A DNA stretch of 64,000 nucleotides from Cyanobacteria bacterium QS_4_48_99 (lineage in GTDB: Bacteria > Cyanobacteriota > Cyanobacteriia > Cyanobacteriales > Rubidibacteraceae), in the NCBI GenBank assembly GCA_003021505.1, contig PXPT01000182.1, forward strand, positions 531 to 64,530. The letters run 5' to 3'. The notes beneath the pieces were generated by a model that ran no database searches, was not told where the DNA came from, and worked only from the letters and a program-made list of their open reading frames with translations. Position numbers and translations under genes: made by a program. Numbering within the stretch: position 1 is the stretch's first letter; every line of letters begins with the position of its first letter. Below, in pieces: positions 10,324 to 20,180 of the stretch.

Positions 10324-11118
10324 CTACGCATCTTTTACTATCCCCGCATTTTCCTCTCTGCGTCCTCTGCGCCTCTGCGGTTCGTTATTACATTGCCTTG
10401 TCACTTCACTCCTATTTGAAAGCAACCGGATCTCCTGCCATTCCGCCTCAGATAATGGCTGAGTAACTAACTCTATCCCAAAACAAAGACAAGCCGCCCC
10501 TATCAGCGCCTCTTCCACCTGCTTAACGGGAAAATCCACAGGCGGCGGTGCAGGTTCGCCAAACACTCGCGCAAACAACTCCGTATTGCTTGACAAACGC
10601 ATGGAACCATGCTGTAAAACTGTGTCCCCTCGTCGCATCTGGGCGCTACCAATCAGCTTCTCACCTTCGGCAGTGACTAAATCCGCCCCTGTCGCTGTAC
10701 TAAAACAATTAGGATTGTGAAAGTATCCTCGTCCAGCTCTACCATAATGTAATTTGACCCCGAGCGATCGCCAACCCTCAATCAAAAACTCGCAAATCTT
10801 TTCATACATCTCCAAACGCTTGCCGCTCATCCCCGAGACAACCACCATGTAAGTTAAATCTCCCTGATGCAGCACTGCGCGTCCCCCAGTAGGACGTCGC
10901 ACCAAATCAACGACTCCCGCCGCCGCCAACTCATTCCAAAAACTTGGCCACCGACGTTGATGATAGCCCAGGGAAATCGCAACCGGAGACCAAGTGTAAA
11001 AGCGTATAGTTGGAGGATGCTTGCCTTGACAATGCTGCTGCCAGAGCCAGTAATCGAGCGCCATTTGAGTCGCGCCTTTCGCCTCCATTAAAGGAATCAA
11101 ACGCCAAACTCTACTCAA
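10324..11118 (-). CDS. biotin/lipoate A/B protein ligase family protein (LplA/LipB-like)
   Basis: 264 aa with RRPTGGRAVLHQGDLTYMVV, which resembles the LplA-family catalytic block. The last ~20 aa (PQRRRGRREENAGIVKDA) are encoded by repeat-like sequence. Confidence 0.7.
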   Translation of the reverse strand: MSRVWRLIPLMEAKGATQMALDYWLWQQHCQGKHPPTIRFYTWSPVAISLGYHQRRWPSFWNELAAAGVVDLVRRPTGGRAVLHQGDLTYMVVVSGMSGKRLEMYEKICEFLIEGWRSLGVKLHYGRAGRGYFHNPNCFSTATGADLVTAEGEKLIGSAQMRRGDTVLQHGSMRLSSNTELFARVFGEPAPPPVDFPVKQVEEALIGAACLCFGIELVTQPLSEAEWQEIRLLSNRSEVTRQCNNEPQRRRGRREENAGIVKDA

Positions 11119-11130
11119 AACCTAATGCCT

Positions 11131-11634
11131 CTATGCTGCACCAAACTCTGCCTGTAGTGCCTCATCGTTGTCGTCAGCAATGGTTGCCACCAGTGTAATG
11201 GCGCGCGATATTTCCCCAGGAGATAGCTCCGCTACTGTGCGATTCGAGAGTACCACAATCTGATTATTGAAAATACCAAAACAGCTTTCAAATGTCTCGC
11301 TCCAGTTCATCTCTAGCAGCTTACACATTAAGTTCGCTTCCTCAGTGGCAGGCAAACTCAGCACAGGAGACCAAACTGTAAGCGTGTCATTGTCACTCTC
11401 TCCGGTTAGCTGTACAAATACTTCAACGCTGCCGTATTGGAACTTCCAGAGGTGAGCCTCATCCGTGTGTCTCACCATCGCTGTATTGTCTTGTTCCAAA
11501 CTAGAAATTACAGTTTCAATCTGCTCTAAATGGCTCGTCTTGGTTTCTTGTTCAATCAACTCATTGGAAGTGTCTTCTTCGGCTGGTAAGTTTTCCGCAT
11601 CAACAGTGACTGGATTTTGCTCTGGAGTAGTCAT
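11131..11634 (-). CDS. hypothetical acidic protein, possibly YbjN/T3SS-chaperone-like
   Basis: 167-aa ORF in good coding context. The family assignment is from memory only. Confidence 0.45.
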   Translation of the reverse strand: MTTPEQNPVTVDAENLPAEEDTSNELIEQETKTSHLEQIETVISSLEQDNTAMVRHTDEAHLWKFQYGSVEVFVQLTGESDNDTLTVWSPVLSLPATEEANLMCKLLEMNWSETFESCFGIFNNQIVVLSNRTVAELSPGEISRAITLVATIADDNDEALQAEFGAA

Positions 11635-11710
11635 AGTAGTTTTCCGTCATTATTTCTAGATATTTTCAAAACCCAGTATCTCTCGTAGCAGCCATTATTG
11701 CCACTCATTA

Positions 11711-11868
11711 GTGAGGAGTGAGGGGTGAGGAGTCAAAGAGGTGAGGGGGGAGGAGTTAGGAACCAAAATCAACCCCAATGAAGAGAAAATTTGATTTCTA
11801 TGTTAAAGTCTCTCACGCACTCACTTTTTCCCTGCTCCTGGAGCCCCTCTGTTCCCCTGCTTTCTTCA
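11711..11868. repeat. Composite hairpin repeat (GTGAGGN array, diverged core, CTCACGC array, CCCCTGC units)
   Basis: 'gtgaggagtgaggggtgaggag...gaaaatttgatttctatgttaaagtctctcacgcactcac...cctgctcctggagcccctctgttcccctgc'. Confidence 0.7.
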
Positions 11869-11869
11869 A

Positions 11870-12964
11870 TTAAGCAGGCTTGTGAGCCACCCAGTATTTA
11901 CTCACAAAGTGGTTTTCTGTGCTGATGTTCTCGAAACCCGCTTTCTCCAGACGCGCCACCAAATCGTCACTAATGTAGTGTTTGTAATAAGGCTCGTGAA
12001 ATGTGATAGGGAAGTTCTCCATCATCGGCATCAACTCGGGAGAATCATTTGCCTGAATGGAGTCGCAAATCACAAATACTCCTGCTGGCTTTGTCACTCG
12101 GAAGGCTTCTTCAATCACCTGTTGACGAGCTGCTGCGGGTAACTCGTGGAAGGTGAATACGCAACTGAGGGCATGGAAAAAGTTATCGAGAAAAGGTAGC
12201 TTCTCAGCGTTTGCCTGGATAAGCTGGGGCAACTCTCCCGCATTTTCTGAGAGGAGTTGATTCGCCTTACGCAGGTAAGCAGGGGAGAGGTCTGTCCCAA
12301 ATAGGGACGCTTTCGGCAAGGCAGCACGAATTAATCTCAGGCTGCGACCCGTTCCGCAAGCGGCATCCAAAACTCGAATTTGTTTTGCTGGAGTGGAATC
12401 AAAAGCGCTTAACCCCTGCTTCAGGGGAGCCAGAATGCGCCGCCGCATCACATCGGCTGTCCCACCAAAGAGAAGTTCCACCTGCAAGTCGTACAGATTC
12501 GCAGACAAGTCACTCAAGTAGCCATTGGTTTGATGATGGAAGTTCTGGAGATAGTAGCTCGGATAACCTTCCGTATCAATTTCAGGGGAAAAATCCTGAT
12601 ATCGCTTTTCCCGGTCTCTTTCCCACATCGAAGGCATGTCCAGCCACACGATTGGATAGTAGCGAAAGAAATCTTGCCAAGGGTTATCGAACAGCAAGCT
12701 TTGGGGATAAACACCCCGTTGAGCATCTTGCCAATCGAGTTCTAGGACTTGATTGAGCCTTTGCTGGAGCTTTTGTAAACCTTCTGGAGAAAGAGACTGA
12801 GTTTGCCGCTCAGATGTGCGTGCAAAAAGCTCTGTCAATCTAGTGCTAATTGTCTTATGAGCAACACCAAAGTAGCTTTTGCTTTGCTGAAAAGCTTGGT
12901 AAGCAACCTTATTGAGAGAGTCAAGCGGAGTAGGAAATTGGTCAATGCTAGAAGTGGATTGCAT
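11870..12964 (-). CDS. class I SAM-dependent methyltransferase
   Basis: SAM motif I VLDAACGTGRSL, with FTFHELP downstream. Confidence 0.8.
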   Translation of the reverse strand: MQSTSSIDQFPTPLDSLNKVAYQAFQQSKSYFGVAHKTISTRLTELFARTSERQTQSLSPEGLQKLQQRLNQVLELDWQDAQRGVYPQSLLFDNPWQDFFRYYPIVWLDMPSMWERDREKRYQDFSPEIDTEGYPSYYLQNFHHQTNGYLSDLSANLYDLQVELLFGGTADVMRRRILAPLKQGLSAFDSTPAKQIRVLDAACGTGRSLRLIRAALPKASLFGTDLSPAYLRKANQLLSENAGELPQLIQANAEKLPFLDNFFHALSCVFTFHELPAAARQQVIEEAFRVTKPAGVFVICDSIQANDSPELMPMMENFPITFHEPYYKHYISDDLVARLEKAGFENISTENHFVSKYWVAHKPA

Positions 12965-13081
12965 GGCTCTAGAATCTTTGTGGCTGAGAACTTAACGTAA
13001 CTAACCTAAGAATGAATTTTTATGGCTTTTTGTAAATATACCTAAACCATTCTAGCTTGAGAAAGCGCCTCCAGTGGAAGA

Positions 13082-13109
13082 CAAAAAATCGCCACAGATG
13101 GCTGTGGCG
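13082..13109 (-). terminator. Rho-independent terminator of glnA
   Basis: The minus strand reads cgccacag-ccat-ctgtggcg followed by attttttgt, about 40 nt after the glnA stop. Confidence 0.75.
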
Positions 13110-13149
13110 GCGTGATGTGGTTAGATTAATTCCTTAAGCCTGTGAGCGT

Positions 13150-14574
13150 TTAAGCATCAAAGTAGAGGGAGAACTCGTAGGGATGGGGACGCAAGCGCAA
13201 GGGATTGACTTCGTTGTCGAGCTTAAATTCAATCCAGTTGCTAATGAAATCCTCGGTGAAAACGCCCGAGGTAGTCAGGAAGTCTTGATCCTGCTCCAAA
13301 TGTTCCAGAGCGGCTTCTAAAGAAGCAGGAGTGGAGGGAATTTTACTTAATTCTTCTGGGCTGAGGTCGTAGATATCCACATCCAAAGAGTCGCCTGGGT
13401 CAATCTCATTCTTAATCCCATCAATCCCGGCGCAGAGCATGGCAGCGAAGGCAAGATAGGGATTACAAGTCGCGTCCGGGCAACGGAACTCTAAACGCTT
13501 CGCCTTGGGATTTTCGCCCGTTATGGGAATGCGAATGGAGGCAGAGCGGTTGCCTTGGGAGTAAGCGAGGTTGACAGGTGCTTCAAATCCAGGCACCAAG
13601 CGCTTGTAAGAGTTTGTAGTGGGGTTGGTAAAGGCTAGCAGTGCCGGGGCGTGTCTAAGAATACCGCCGATGTAATTCAGCGCCGTTTTACTCAGGTTGG
13701 CATAGCCATTTTCGCCCCAAAATAGGGGTTGCCCTTCCCGCCAGATGGATTGGTGGACGTGCATCCCAGAACCATTATCGTTAAACACAGGCTTGGGCAT
13801 GAAAGTGGCAGTTTTGCCATATTTCTTGGCAACGTTTTTGATGATGTATTTGTAGGTCATCAAGTGGTCAGCAGCTTGGGTGAGCGGCGCAAAGCGGAAA
13901 CCGAGTTCGCCTTGACCCCCGCTAGCGACTTCGTGGTGGTGCTTCTCAACCGGCACGCCACACTCTGCCATTGTCAGCAACATTTCAGTCCGCAAGTCTT
14001 GCAGGGTGTCGGTGGGCGAGACGGGGAAATAACCCTCCTTGTAGCGGGGCTTATATCCCAGATTGCCCCCTGGTTCTTCCCGACCGGAGTTCCAGCGACC
14101 TTCAATGCTGTCTATGTAGTAGAAACCTTGGCTCTCGCTTTGGTCGAAGCGAACGTCGTCTAGGATAAAAAACTCTGGCTCTGGACCGAAGAAGGCAATG
14201 TCGCCTATCCCAGTGGAGTTCAGAAACTCCACTGCCCTCTGACCAATCGTGCGAGGGTCGCGCTCGTAAAATTCCCCCGTGCGCGGCTCTTTAATACTAC
14301 AGATCATGCTGAGGGTTTTTTCTTTCAGAAATGGGTCGATCCAAGCGGTTTTGGGATCGGGCACCATGGTCATGTCTGATTCGTTGATATCCTTCCAACC
14401 CCGAATGCTGGAGCCGTCAAAGGGAATGCCCTCGGTAAAGGAATCCTCTTCTAATTGGTCATAATAGATACTAAAGTGCTGCCAAATCCCCGGCAGGTCG
14501 ATAAATTTCAGGTCAATAATTTTAATGTCTTCGTCTTGAATCATCCTCAAGACTTGTTGCGGCGTTTCGGGCAT
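13150..14574 (-). CDS. glnA: glutamine synthetase type I
   Basis: 474 aa with full-length GSI signatures ([30 protein letters not shown]). Confidence 0.97.
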   Translation of the reverse strand: MPETPQQVLRMIQDEDIKIIDLKFIDLPGIWQHFSIYYDQLEEDSFTEGIPFDGSSIRGWKDINESDMTMVPDPKTAWIDPFLKEKTLSMICSIKEPRTGEFYERDPRTIGQRAVEFLNSTGIGDIAFFGPEPEFFILDDVRFDQSESQGFYYIDSIEGRWNSGREEPGGNLGYKPRYKEGYFPVSPTDTLQDLRTEMLLTMAECGVPVEKHHHEVASGGQGELGFRFAPLTQAADHLMTYKYIIKNVAKKYGKTATFMPKPVFNDNGSGMHVHQSIWREGQPLFWGENGYANLSKTALNYIGGILRHAPALLAFTNPTTNSYKRLVPGFEAPVNLAYSQGNRSASIRIPITGENPKAKRLEFRCPDATCNPYLAFAAMLCAGIDGIKNEIDPGDSLDVDIYDLSPEELSKIPSTPASLEAALEHLEQDQDFLTTSGVFTEDFISNWIEFKLDNEVNPLRLRPHPYEFSLYFDA

Positions 14575-14616
14575 GGATGGCTCCTTAAGAGTTTAAGCTT
14601 TATAACATCTCGCCTC

Positions 14617-14659
14617 ATCCTAGGGAGAGATTGGGGAAATTTTTTGTATTGTTTGTTAC
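14617..14659 (-). promoter_or_regulatory. NtcA-activated (class II) glnA promoter: GTA-N8-TAC box plus -10 TAGGAT
   Basis: GTATTGTTTGTTAC lies at 14646-14659. On the minus strand it is followed after 23 nt by TAGGAT (14622-14617), matching the consensus GTAN8TAC-N22-TAN3T. Confidence 0.75.
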
Positions 14660-14667
14660 AGAAATGG

Positions 14668-14755
14668 TTGCAGGTTACTGTCTGAGCTGGTTAGTGAGGA
14701 GCAGAGGGCAGGGGAATCAGGGGGAGCAGGGGGAGCAGGGGAAGCAGGGGAAGAA
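14668..14755. repeat. STRR-like array (GCAGGTT, GTGAGGA, then GGGGAGCA/GGGGAAGCA octamer-like units)
   Basis: 'gtgaggagcagagggcaggggaatcagggggagcagggggagcaggggaagcaggggaag'. Confidence 0.75.
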
Positions 14756-14911
14756 ATTAACGTGCGTAAGATATCTACCCAGCGAGGAAGTATGGGCTTG
14801 CAGTAATGAGTGAGTTAATCGCACTCCTGGTGTGGGATCATTGATAATAGATAGAGCGATACTACTTTTTGTAAGCCCATAGAAACAAATTTTGTTGAGA
14901 GAGCAGAAAAC

Positions 14912-15421
14912 ATGCGGGATGCAGTCACTAACTTAATTAGAAACTACGATATTACAGGTCGTTACTTTGATCGCGATGCGATTGAGCGCCTACAGTCCTA
15001 CTTTGAATCGGGCACGGCACGAATTAAGGCAACGGAGGTGATTAATGCCAATGCGGCAGCGATTGTCAAACAGGCAGGTTCGACGCTTTTTGATGAAGAG
15101 CCAGAACTGATTCGTCCTGGGGGCAATGCCTACACCACTCGTCGCTATTCCGCTTGTCTGCGGGATATGGACTACTATCTACGCTACGCCAGTTATGCGC
15201 TTGTTGCTGGCGATACGAATGTGTTGGACGAACGGGTGTTGCAAGGATTGCGGGAAACTTACAACTCTTTGGGCGTGCCTATTGCCCCCACAATTCGAGG
15301 AATCGAGATTATGAAGGGCATTGTTAAAGAAATGGTCAAAGAAGCTGGAGTAGAAAATACCGCTTTGATCGATTCCCCGTTTGACTACATGAACCGCGAA
15401 CTGAGTGAACAAGACGTTTAA
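14912..15421 (+). CDS. apcF: allophycocyanin beta-18 subunit
   Basis: 169 aa. MRDAVTNLIRNYDITGRYFD...RPGGNAYTTRRYSACLRDMDYYLRYASYALVAGD closely matches the ApcF sequence as I recall it, and the length matches ApcF rather than ApcB. Confidence 0.88.
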   Translation: MRDAVTNLIRNYDITGRYFDRDAIERLQSYFESGTARIKATEVINANAAAIVKQAGSTLFDEEPELIRPGGNAYTTRRYSACLRDMDYYLRYASYALVAGDTNVLDERVLQGLRETYNSLGVPIAPTIRGIEIMKGIVKEMVKEAGVENTALIDSPFDYMNRELSEQDV

Positions 15422-15447
15422 AAGCAGTCTCTAGCTGAAATTTAAGC

Positions 15448-15479
15448 GCGATCGCTAGTGAGGAGCGATCGCTTTTTTT
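15448..15479 (+). terminator. Rho-independent terminator after apcF, stem built from two HIP1 sites
   Basis: gcgatcgct-agtgagg-agcgatcgc followed by ttttttt. Confidence 0.75.
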
Positions 15480-15521
15480 GCTTGCACACTTTTTACTTAC
15501 TTTTTGCTAACAAAGTAGTTA

Positions 15522-16085
15522 CTAATCAATGCGCTTTTCCAAATACTGACCAATCATTTGCTGCTCGCCAGCACGGGAGATGATGGTTTGCCGGGTGCGG
15601 TAGCGATCGCCAATGAGCTTGATTTCTTCCTCAAACACGGAGCTATTGTATTCAGTGCGTAGGCGTAAGGTTTTCGGTGTAGGTAAGTAAAACTGGGCGG
15701 TAATAGGCTGGGAAATTGCAAAACCGTGATCGCGATAGAGCGTATTTCCCCATGCCCCGAATATGGTGGAATTCTCCGATTGCTTGCGTCCAGTCACCGA
15801 ATCCGTACTTTTCCAGCTTACATAGGCTCCGCAGCACAAGGAAACACTCAATCCATGTAACTTTTCCAATTCTCGTAGTTCTTCCCATCCAGGCTCTAAA
15901 AAGCGGACGGACAGTAGACTGGTTATTTCCTTAGTTCCGCCATCCGGGAGCGTGTAGTAGCGTCGCTGGGAGTGCCACTTGCCTGCTGACTCGCGGAAAA
16001 ATGCGGCAATCCGAGATTCTTTCCTTGTCGATTGGAGCTGTGATGTCACGTTTTGCTGTTCCTCATCTATTTGCGGTACCTTCAC
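15522..16085 (-). CDS. CpcS/CpeS-family phycobiliprotein bilin lyase
   Basis: FFRESAGKWHSQRRYY matches the FF..S.G.W.S.R signature of the CpcS/CpcU family. It is adjacent to apcF. Confidence 0.8.
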   Translation of the reverse strand: MKVPQIDEEQQNVTSQLQSTRKESRIAAFFRESAGKWHSQRRYYTLPDGGTKEITSLLSVRFLEPGWEELRELEKLHGLSVSLCCGAYVSWKSTDSVTGRKQSENSTIFGAWGNTLYRDHGFAISQPITAQFYLPTPKTLRLRTEYNSSVFEEEIKLIGDRYRTRQTIISRAGEQQMIGQYLEKRID

Positions 16086-16204
16086 CAGAATACTGGTAAT
16101 TTTTGGTCTATTTGTTACATTTTTTTAATAATAGCAAAACATACTTACGACAATATGTTTGGGGTAATATCTGCCCTCTGCCTTCTGCCATCTGCCTTAT
16201 TCTT

Positions 16205-17521
16205 CTAAAGTTGCCACTGAATAAACCGAACCAACCCCCCGACTAACCGTTGCCTCCGGGAACGAGTGCGCCACTCGCTCAAGCTCACAGGCTGGCATCG
16301 CTGGAAGGCTTGCTCAAAAATCTGCTCGATGTGCTGCACAAATCTCGGCTCGCTCGTGGAGAAGTCCAGTTCATCATTGTGGAAAAAGCTGCGCGGATCG
16401 AAATTAGCACTGCCCGTTCTTGCCCAGCAGTCATCGATGAGCAAAAGTTTGGCGTGAACCATACTGGGTTGGTGTTCCAGAATCTCGATGCCTGCCGCTA
16501 GTAGTTCGCCGTAGAGTTCGTAAGAAGCGTAGTGAACGAACTTCTTATCCGTGCAGATTCCATCGGTGATGATACGCACATCCACTCCTCTTTTTTTGGT
16601 GGCAATCAGGAGCCGACGCGAACCAGGGTCAGGGATAAAATAGGGGCTAGAAAGCCAAACTCGCTTTCTGGCGGCAAGAATGCTGGTTTGGAAAAGTGCC
16701 CTCATTGAGGAAGAGCGGTAGGTGGGGTCATGCCCAGGCGTCACGAGGATGAGCGGCTTGTTTGAAGGCTGGGGGTCGAAGATTTCTCTTCTTAAATCAG
16801 CCAGCCCATGAAAAGCAGTCCAGTGCTGCATAAAGATGCCTTCTAGGGTAGCGACAACTGCTCCCTCCAGACGAAATTCCACATCAAACCAGGGTTGAGT
16901 ATCTCCAAAACTCGGTACGCCGTCCCAGTAGTCCGAAATGCCCGCGCCTCCCATGAGTACAAATTGACCATCGATGAGCAAAAGTTTGCGGTGAGTGCGC
17001 CCCGCATAACTGCTGGGACTTTTCCAGCTGAACGGGTTGAATGTGATAATCTCAACACCAGCCGCCCGCAGACGCCGCCAGTATTTTTTCGGCATATCGC
17101 TTGCCCCGTAGCTATCAACGAGGAGCTGCACCCTAACCCCGGCAGCAGCTCGCTCGGCAACAGCAGCAGCAAAATCATTGGCACGTCGTCCTGGGGTGAT
17201 AAGAAACGTTTCAAAGTGGATGGAGCGTTGAGCGCTTTGAATCGCTTCTAGTCGAGCTTTTTGAATCTTGTCAGGCTCGCTCCAAATGTCTGTTACAATA
17301 CCAAAGCTTGTGAGAGAATTTGATAGGCTTGCTAGGGCGTAGGGAAAGCGCGGTTCTTCGGGACTAGGAATGTTGTTTATTTGGTATTCGATGCGATCGC
17401 GAAAGATTCCTCGAATATACAGAATGAACAATATCAGTAAGGAAAGTCCTAATAGGGACAAGCCGATCCAGTAGAGGAGAGTAAGTAGCGCCATTGCATT
17501 GAGCTTTTCACCGGAGAGCAA
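16205..17521 (-). CDS. cls: cardiolipin synthase / phospholipase D family
   Basis: N-terminal TM helices plus two HKD motifs (HRKLLLIDG, HAKLLLIDD). Confidence 0.85.
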   Translation of the reverse strand: MLSGEKLNAMALLTLLYWIGLSLLGLSLLILFILYIRGIFRDRIEYQINNIPSPEEPRFPYALASLSNSLTSFGIVTDIWSEPDKIQKARLEAIQSAQRSIHFETFLITPGRRANDFAAAVAERAAAGVRVQLLVDSYGASDMPKKYWRRLRAAGVEIITFNPFSWKSPSSYAGRTHRKLLLIDGQFVLMGGAGISDYWDGVPSFGDTQPWFDVEFRLEGAVVATLEGIFMQHWTAFHGLADLRREIFDPQPSNKPLILVTPGHDPTYRSSSMRALFQTSILAARKRVWLSSPYFIPDPGSRRLLIATKKRGVDVRIITDGICTDKKFVHYASYELYGELLAAGIEILEHQPSMVHAKLLLIDDCWARTGSANFDPRSFFHNDELDFSTSEPRFVQHIEQIFEQAFQRCQPVSLSEWRTRSRRQRLVGGLVRFIQWQL

Positions 17522-17550
17522 ACCGATCCTATCTAGAAATTAGTTAGCAG

Positions 17551-18657
17551 ATGGCAAAGGTTCACTTAGAAGCGATCGCACGCCGATTCGATCATGTGAG
17601 TAAGATTGAAGACATTAGCTTTAAAGTGCCAGATGGGCAATTTTGGGTGTTAGTGGGACCCTCCGGTTGTGGCAAATCTACCATCCTACGAACAATTGCA
17701 GGATTAGAAGCAGTCAGTGAGGGCAAACTCTACATCGGAGACAGCCTCGTGAATCAGGTTCCCGCAAGGGCTAGGGATGTAGCGATGGTGTTCCAGAATT
17801 ACGCCCTTTATCCCCATATGAGTGTGGCGGAGAATCTCGCTTTTGGGTTGCGTATGCGTAAAGTTGCTGACAAAGGAACCATTGCCAAACGAGTGGAGGG
17901 GGTGGCGCGATCGCTCAATCTTTCCCATCTACTGGATCGCAAGCCCAAGCAACTCTCAGGAGGGCAGCAGCAGCGAGTGGCACTGGGAAGAGCGATCGCA
18001 CGCGAACCGCAAGTATTTTTACTTGATGAACCCCTCTCCAATCTCGATGCCCAACTCCGCAACGAAACCAGGGCAGAACTGAAGCGACTCCACGGACAGC
18101 TAGGGATTACTACCATCTATGTTACCCATGACCAAGTGGAGGCAATGACCTTAGCTGACCAAATTGTTGTCCTCGATCAGGGTAGAATCCAGCAAATTGG
18201 TGATCCTCAAGCAATTTATGCCCAGCCTGCCAACCGGATGGTGGCAACGTTTCTGGGTAGTCCAGCCATGAATCTCTTCCCAGCAACATACCTAGACGGC
18301 GGTTTTAAGGTGAAGAATCAATCACTGGCTGTCGGCGCTACCTTGCACCAGGTGTTGCAACCTCGTCATGGACAAGGCTTTGATTTAGGCATTCGCCCTG
18401 AACATATTCAAGTCCAAACAGCAGAACAACTGGATAATTCCGAGCAACTGCAAGTCTTGGTCGATTTAGTAGAGCCTCTGGGACGAGAGACGCTCATTAG
18501 AGCAAGTTTGCCAGACTCGCAGCAAACGCTCAGTTTCTATGCTCCTGCAAATTGGCGATCTCAGGTGGGCGATTTCATCAACATCCAACTCGACCTCGAG
18601 CAGCTCTTTGTCTTTGACGCTAGCACGGGTGAGAGACTCTATCCGGTTACAAATTAG
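17551..18657 (+). CDS. ABC transporter ATP-binding protein, MalK/UgpC (sugar) type
   Basis: Walker A GPSGCGKST, signature LSGGQQQR, Walker B FLLDEPLSNLD, and a C-terminal TOBE-like domain. Confidence 0.9.
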   Translation: MAKVHLEAIARRFDHVSKIEDISFKVPDGQFWVLVGPSGCGKSTILRTIAGLEAVSEGKLYIGDSLVNQVPARARDVAMVFQNYALYPHMSVAENLAFGLRMRKVADKGTIAKRVEGVARSLNLSHLLDRKPKQLSGGQQQRVALGRAIAREPQVFLLDEPLSNLDAQLRNETRAELKRLHGQLGITTIYVTHDQVEAMTLADQIVVLDQGRIQQIGDPQAIYAQPANRMVATFLGSPAMNLFPATYLDGGFKVKNQSLAVGATLHQVLQPRHGQGFDLGIRPEHIQVQTAEQLDNSEQLQVLVDLVEPLGRETLIRASLPDSQQTLSFYAPANWRSQVGDFINIQLDLEQLFVFDASTGERLYPVTN

Positions 18658-18824
18658 TCGGTTACAGCAATAGCGGCTGACAGTATTTAAATGGAGCTGT
18701 AATTAAATGTTAAATAAAATACTACGAAAGGGGTTGCTGTTTTCTGGATTTACTTCAGTGAATCTTTTTATAATAAGGTGTTTGCCGTTTAATTTGTGTA
18801 TATTGCCTAATTAAAAATACCCAA

Positions 18825-18852
18825 TTGTTTAGTTATTTTTTATACTTATAAT
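18825..18852 (+). promoter_or_regulatory. near-consensus sigma70-type promoter (TTGTTT-16 nt-TATAAT) ending 9 nt before the ATG at 18862
   Basis: -35 at 18825-18830 and -10 at 18847-18852, in an AT-rich spacer. The predicted start site is 2-4 nt before the ATG, so the transcript looks leaderless. Confidence 0.4.
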
Positions 18853-19028
18853 CTTGCAACCATGTCAAACAAATCTGAGCGTAACTCTGCTCTTAACACA
18901 GCCGCTAGCACAAAAGTTTATCACGCTCGACTAAGCTATATTTCACAATACACATCAGAAAAGCTAGGGCACTTGCGGAGGGGTGGAATACGCAGGGTGG
19001 GGAACGAACTCAGGCTCAGACTGAGCAG

Positions 19029-19751
19029 ATGCTTGATAAGATATCGCCGTCTCAACGAGCAGGTGTTGATGGTCACTCTGCTGCTGCCAAGGTTAAGGAC
19101 TATCTGGTAGATAAGGATGCTAGCCACGTTATACCTTACAGCAAAGGCGGTTCAAGCCATTCCCATAACATCAAATGGGAAAGCAAAGCCACTAATCGTG
19201 CCCGTGGCAACCAACTGATGACCAGGCAAGAGCAAATGCGACTGGGTACTAAAGTGCATTTTGATAACTTCACTGGTGCCCTGCAAACTGGCTTGGGAGC
19301 TGTACCCAAAGGAGCAGTAATTGGTATAGTTACAACTGTTCCATTCTCTACGCTTAGGAATACGCTGCGGGGTGCTAGAGGAGAAATATCGCCTCAGAAA
19401 GCAACTCTAGAAATATTCAAAGAGAGTGCAATTGGCATGGGAGTTTGTGCTACAACTGCCTTTGCAGTCACCACAGTTGCAGTCGCTTTTCCGCCTGTTG
19501 CTACAGCACTAACAGCAATCTCTCCTGCTTTGTTAGTTGCCGGTGGCGTGGGAATGGTCTACGAGTTGTTCAAGATTCTTGATGATCATAGACAACAAAC
19601 GGAAGTGTATTATGAGTCGCTAACTCAGCGGGAACTAGAAAGCCTTGTAGACACTGAAAATGAGGTTCTGTATGAATACACCAAGAATGTGAAGTTTTTA
19701 GACAAAGCTCAAGCCTTGCATGATGAAATTGCGAATCGACCTCGTATATAG
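19029..19751 (+). CDS. orphan HNH-motif protein with a hydrophobic/Gly-rich membrane-like central region and a coiled-coil-like tail (the true start may be 18862, via a frame change)
   Basis: SHVIPYSKGGSSHSHNIKWESKATNRARGN fits the H-N-N/HNH pattern (.H..P.S.GG.....N......N..KG). Residues ~95-185 are hydrophobic (GAVIGIVTTVPF; CATTAFAVTTVAVAFPPVATALTAISPALLVAGGVGMV). The frame is open with no ATG/GTG/TTG from 18909 to 19029. Confidence 0.5.
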   Translation: MLDKISPSQRAGVDGHSAAAKVKDYLVDKDASHVIPYSKGGSSHSHNIKWESKATNRARGNQLMTRQEQMRLGTKVHFDNFTGALQTGLGAVPKGAVIGIVTTVPFSTLRNTLRGARGEISPQKATLEIFKESAIGMGVCATTAFAVTTVAVAFPPVATALTAISPALLVAGGVGMVYELFKILDDHRQQTEVYYESLTQRELESLVDTENEVLYEYTKNVKFLDKAQALHDEIANRPRI

Positions 19752-19872
19752 AAGGTGTCCGACATCTTCTCTGCCCTTCCACTCCCCTGCTAATTTATGA
19801 AGCTTGTTAACTGCTCCTCGTTTTTGCTAAAAAATTGCATTAATATAAATAACGAGTTTCATAGAGGAAAGA

Positions 19873-20061
19873 ATGATGAGTCACTCTAACTTTACAGAGA
19901 CCTTGCAATGGACACCCGAAGCCAAGGCAATGCTCAACAAGATTCCCTTTTTTGTTCGCTCTCAAGCCCGCAAGCGGATTGAGGAGTTAGCTCAGACTAC
20001 AGAATCAGATTGGGTGACAGTTAGCCTTGTAGAGCAAGCACGAACTGAGTTTGGTCAGTAA
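19873..20061 (+). CDS. PCP-reductase (ChlB C-terminal-like) family small protein
   Basis: 62 aa. [28 protein letters not shown] resembles the PCP_red domain. Confidence 0.65.
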   Translation: MMSHSNFTETLQWTPEAKAMLNKIPFFVRSQARKRIEELAQTTESDWVTVSLVEQARTEFGQ

Positions 20062-20180
20062 GGACTCTCTTTTTTTGGCGTTCTTTGCGAGGCGCGCGGT
20101 TCGCTCTAACTATTACTACTTAACTTGATGGCCCTAACAATCCACGTCAAAATTAAAGATAGTTAATATTTCTCAAACAA

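Noticed and set aside
16205-17521. PLD-family (two HKD motifs) protein considered as a defence or endonuclease effector
   Set aside because: The N-terminal TM helices and overall architecture fit cardiolipin synthase, and the context is housekeeping.
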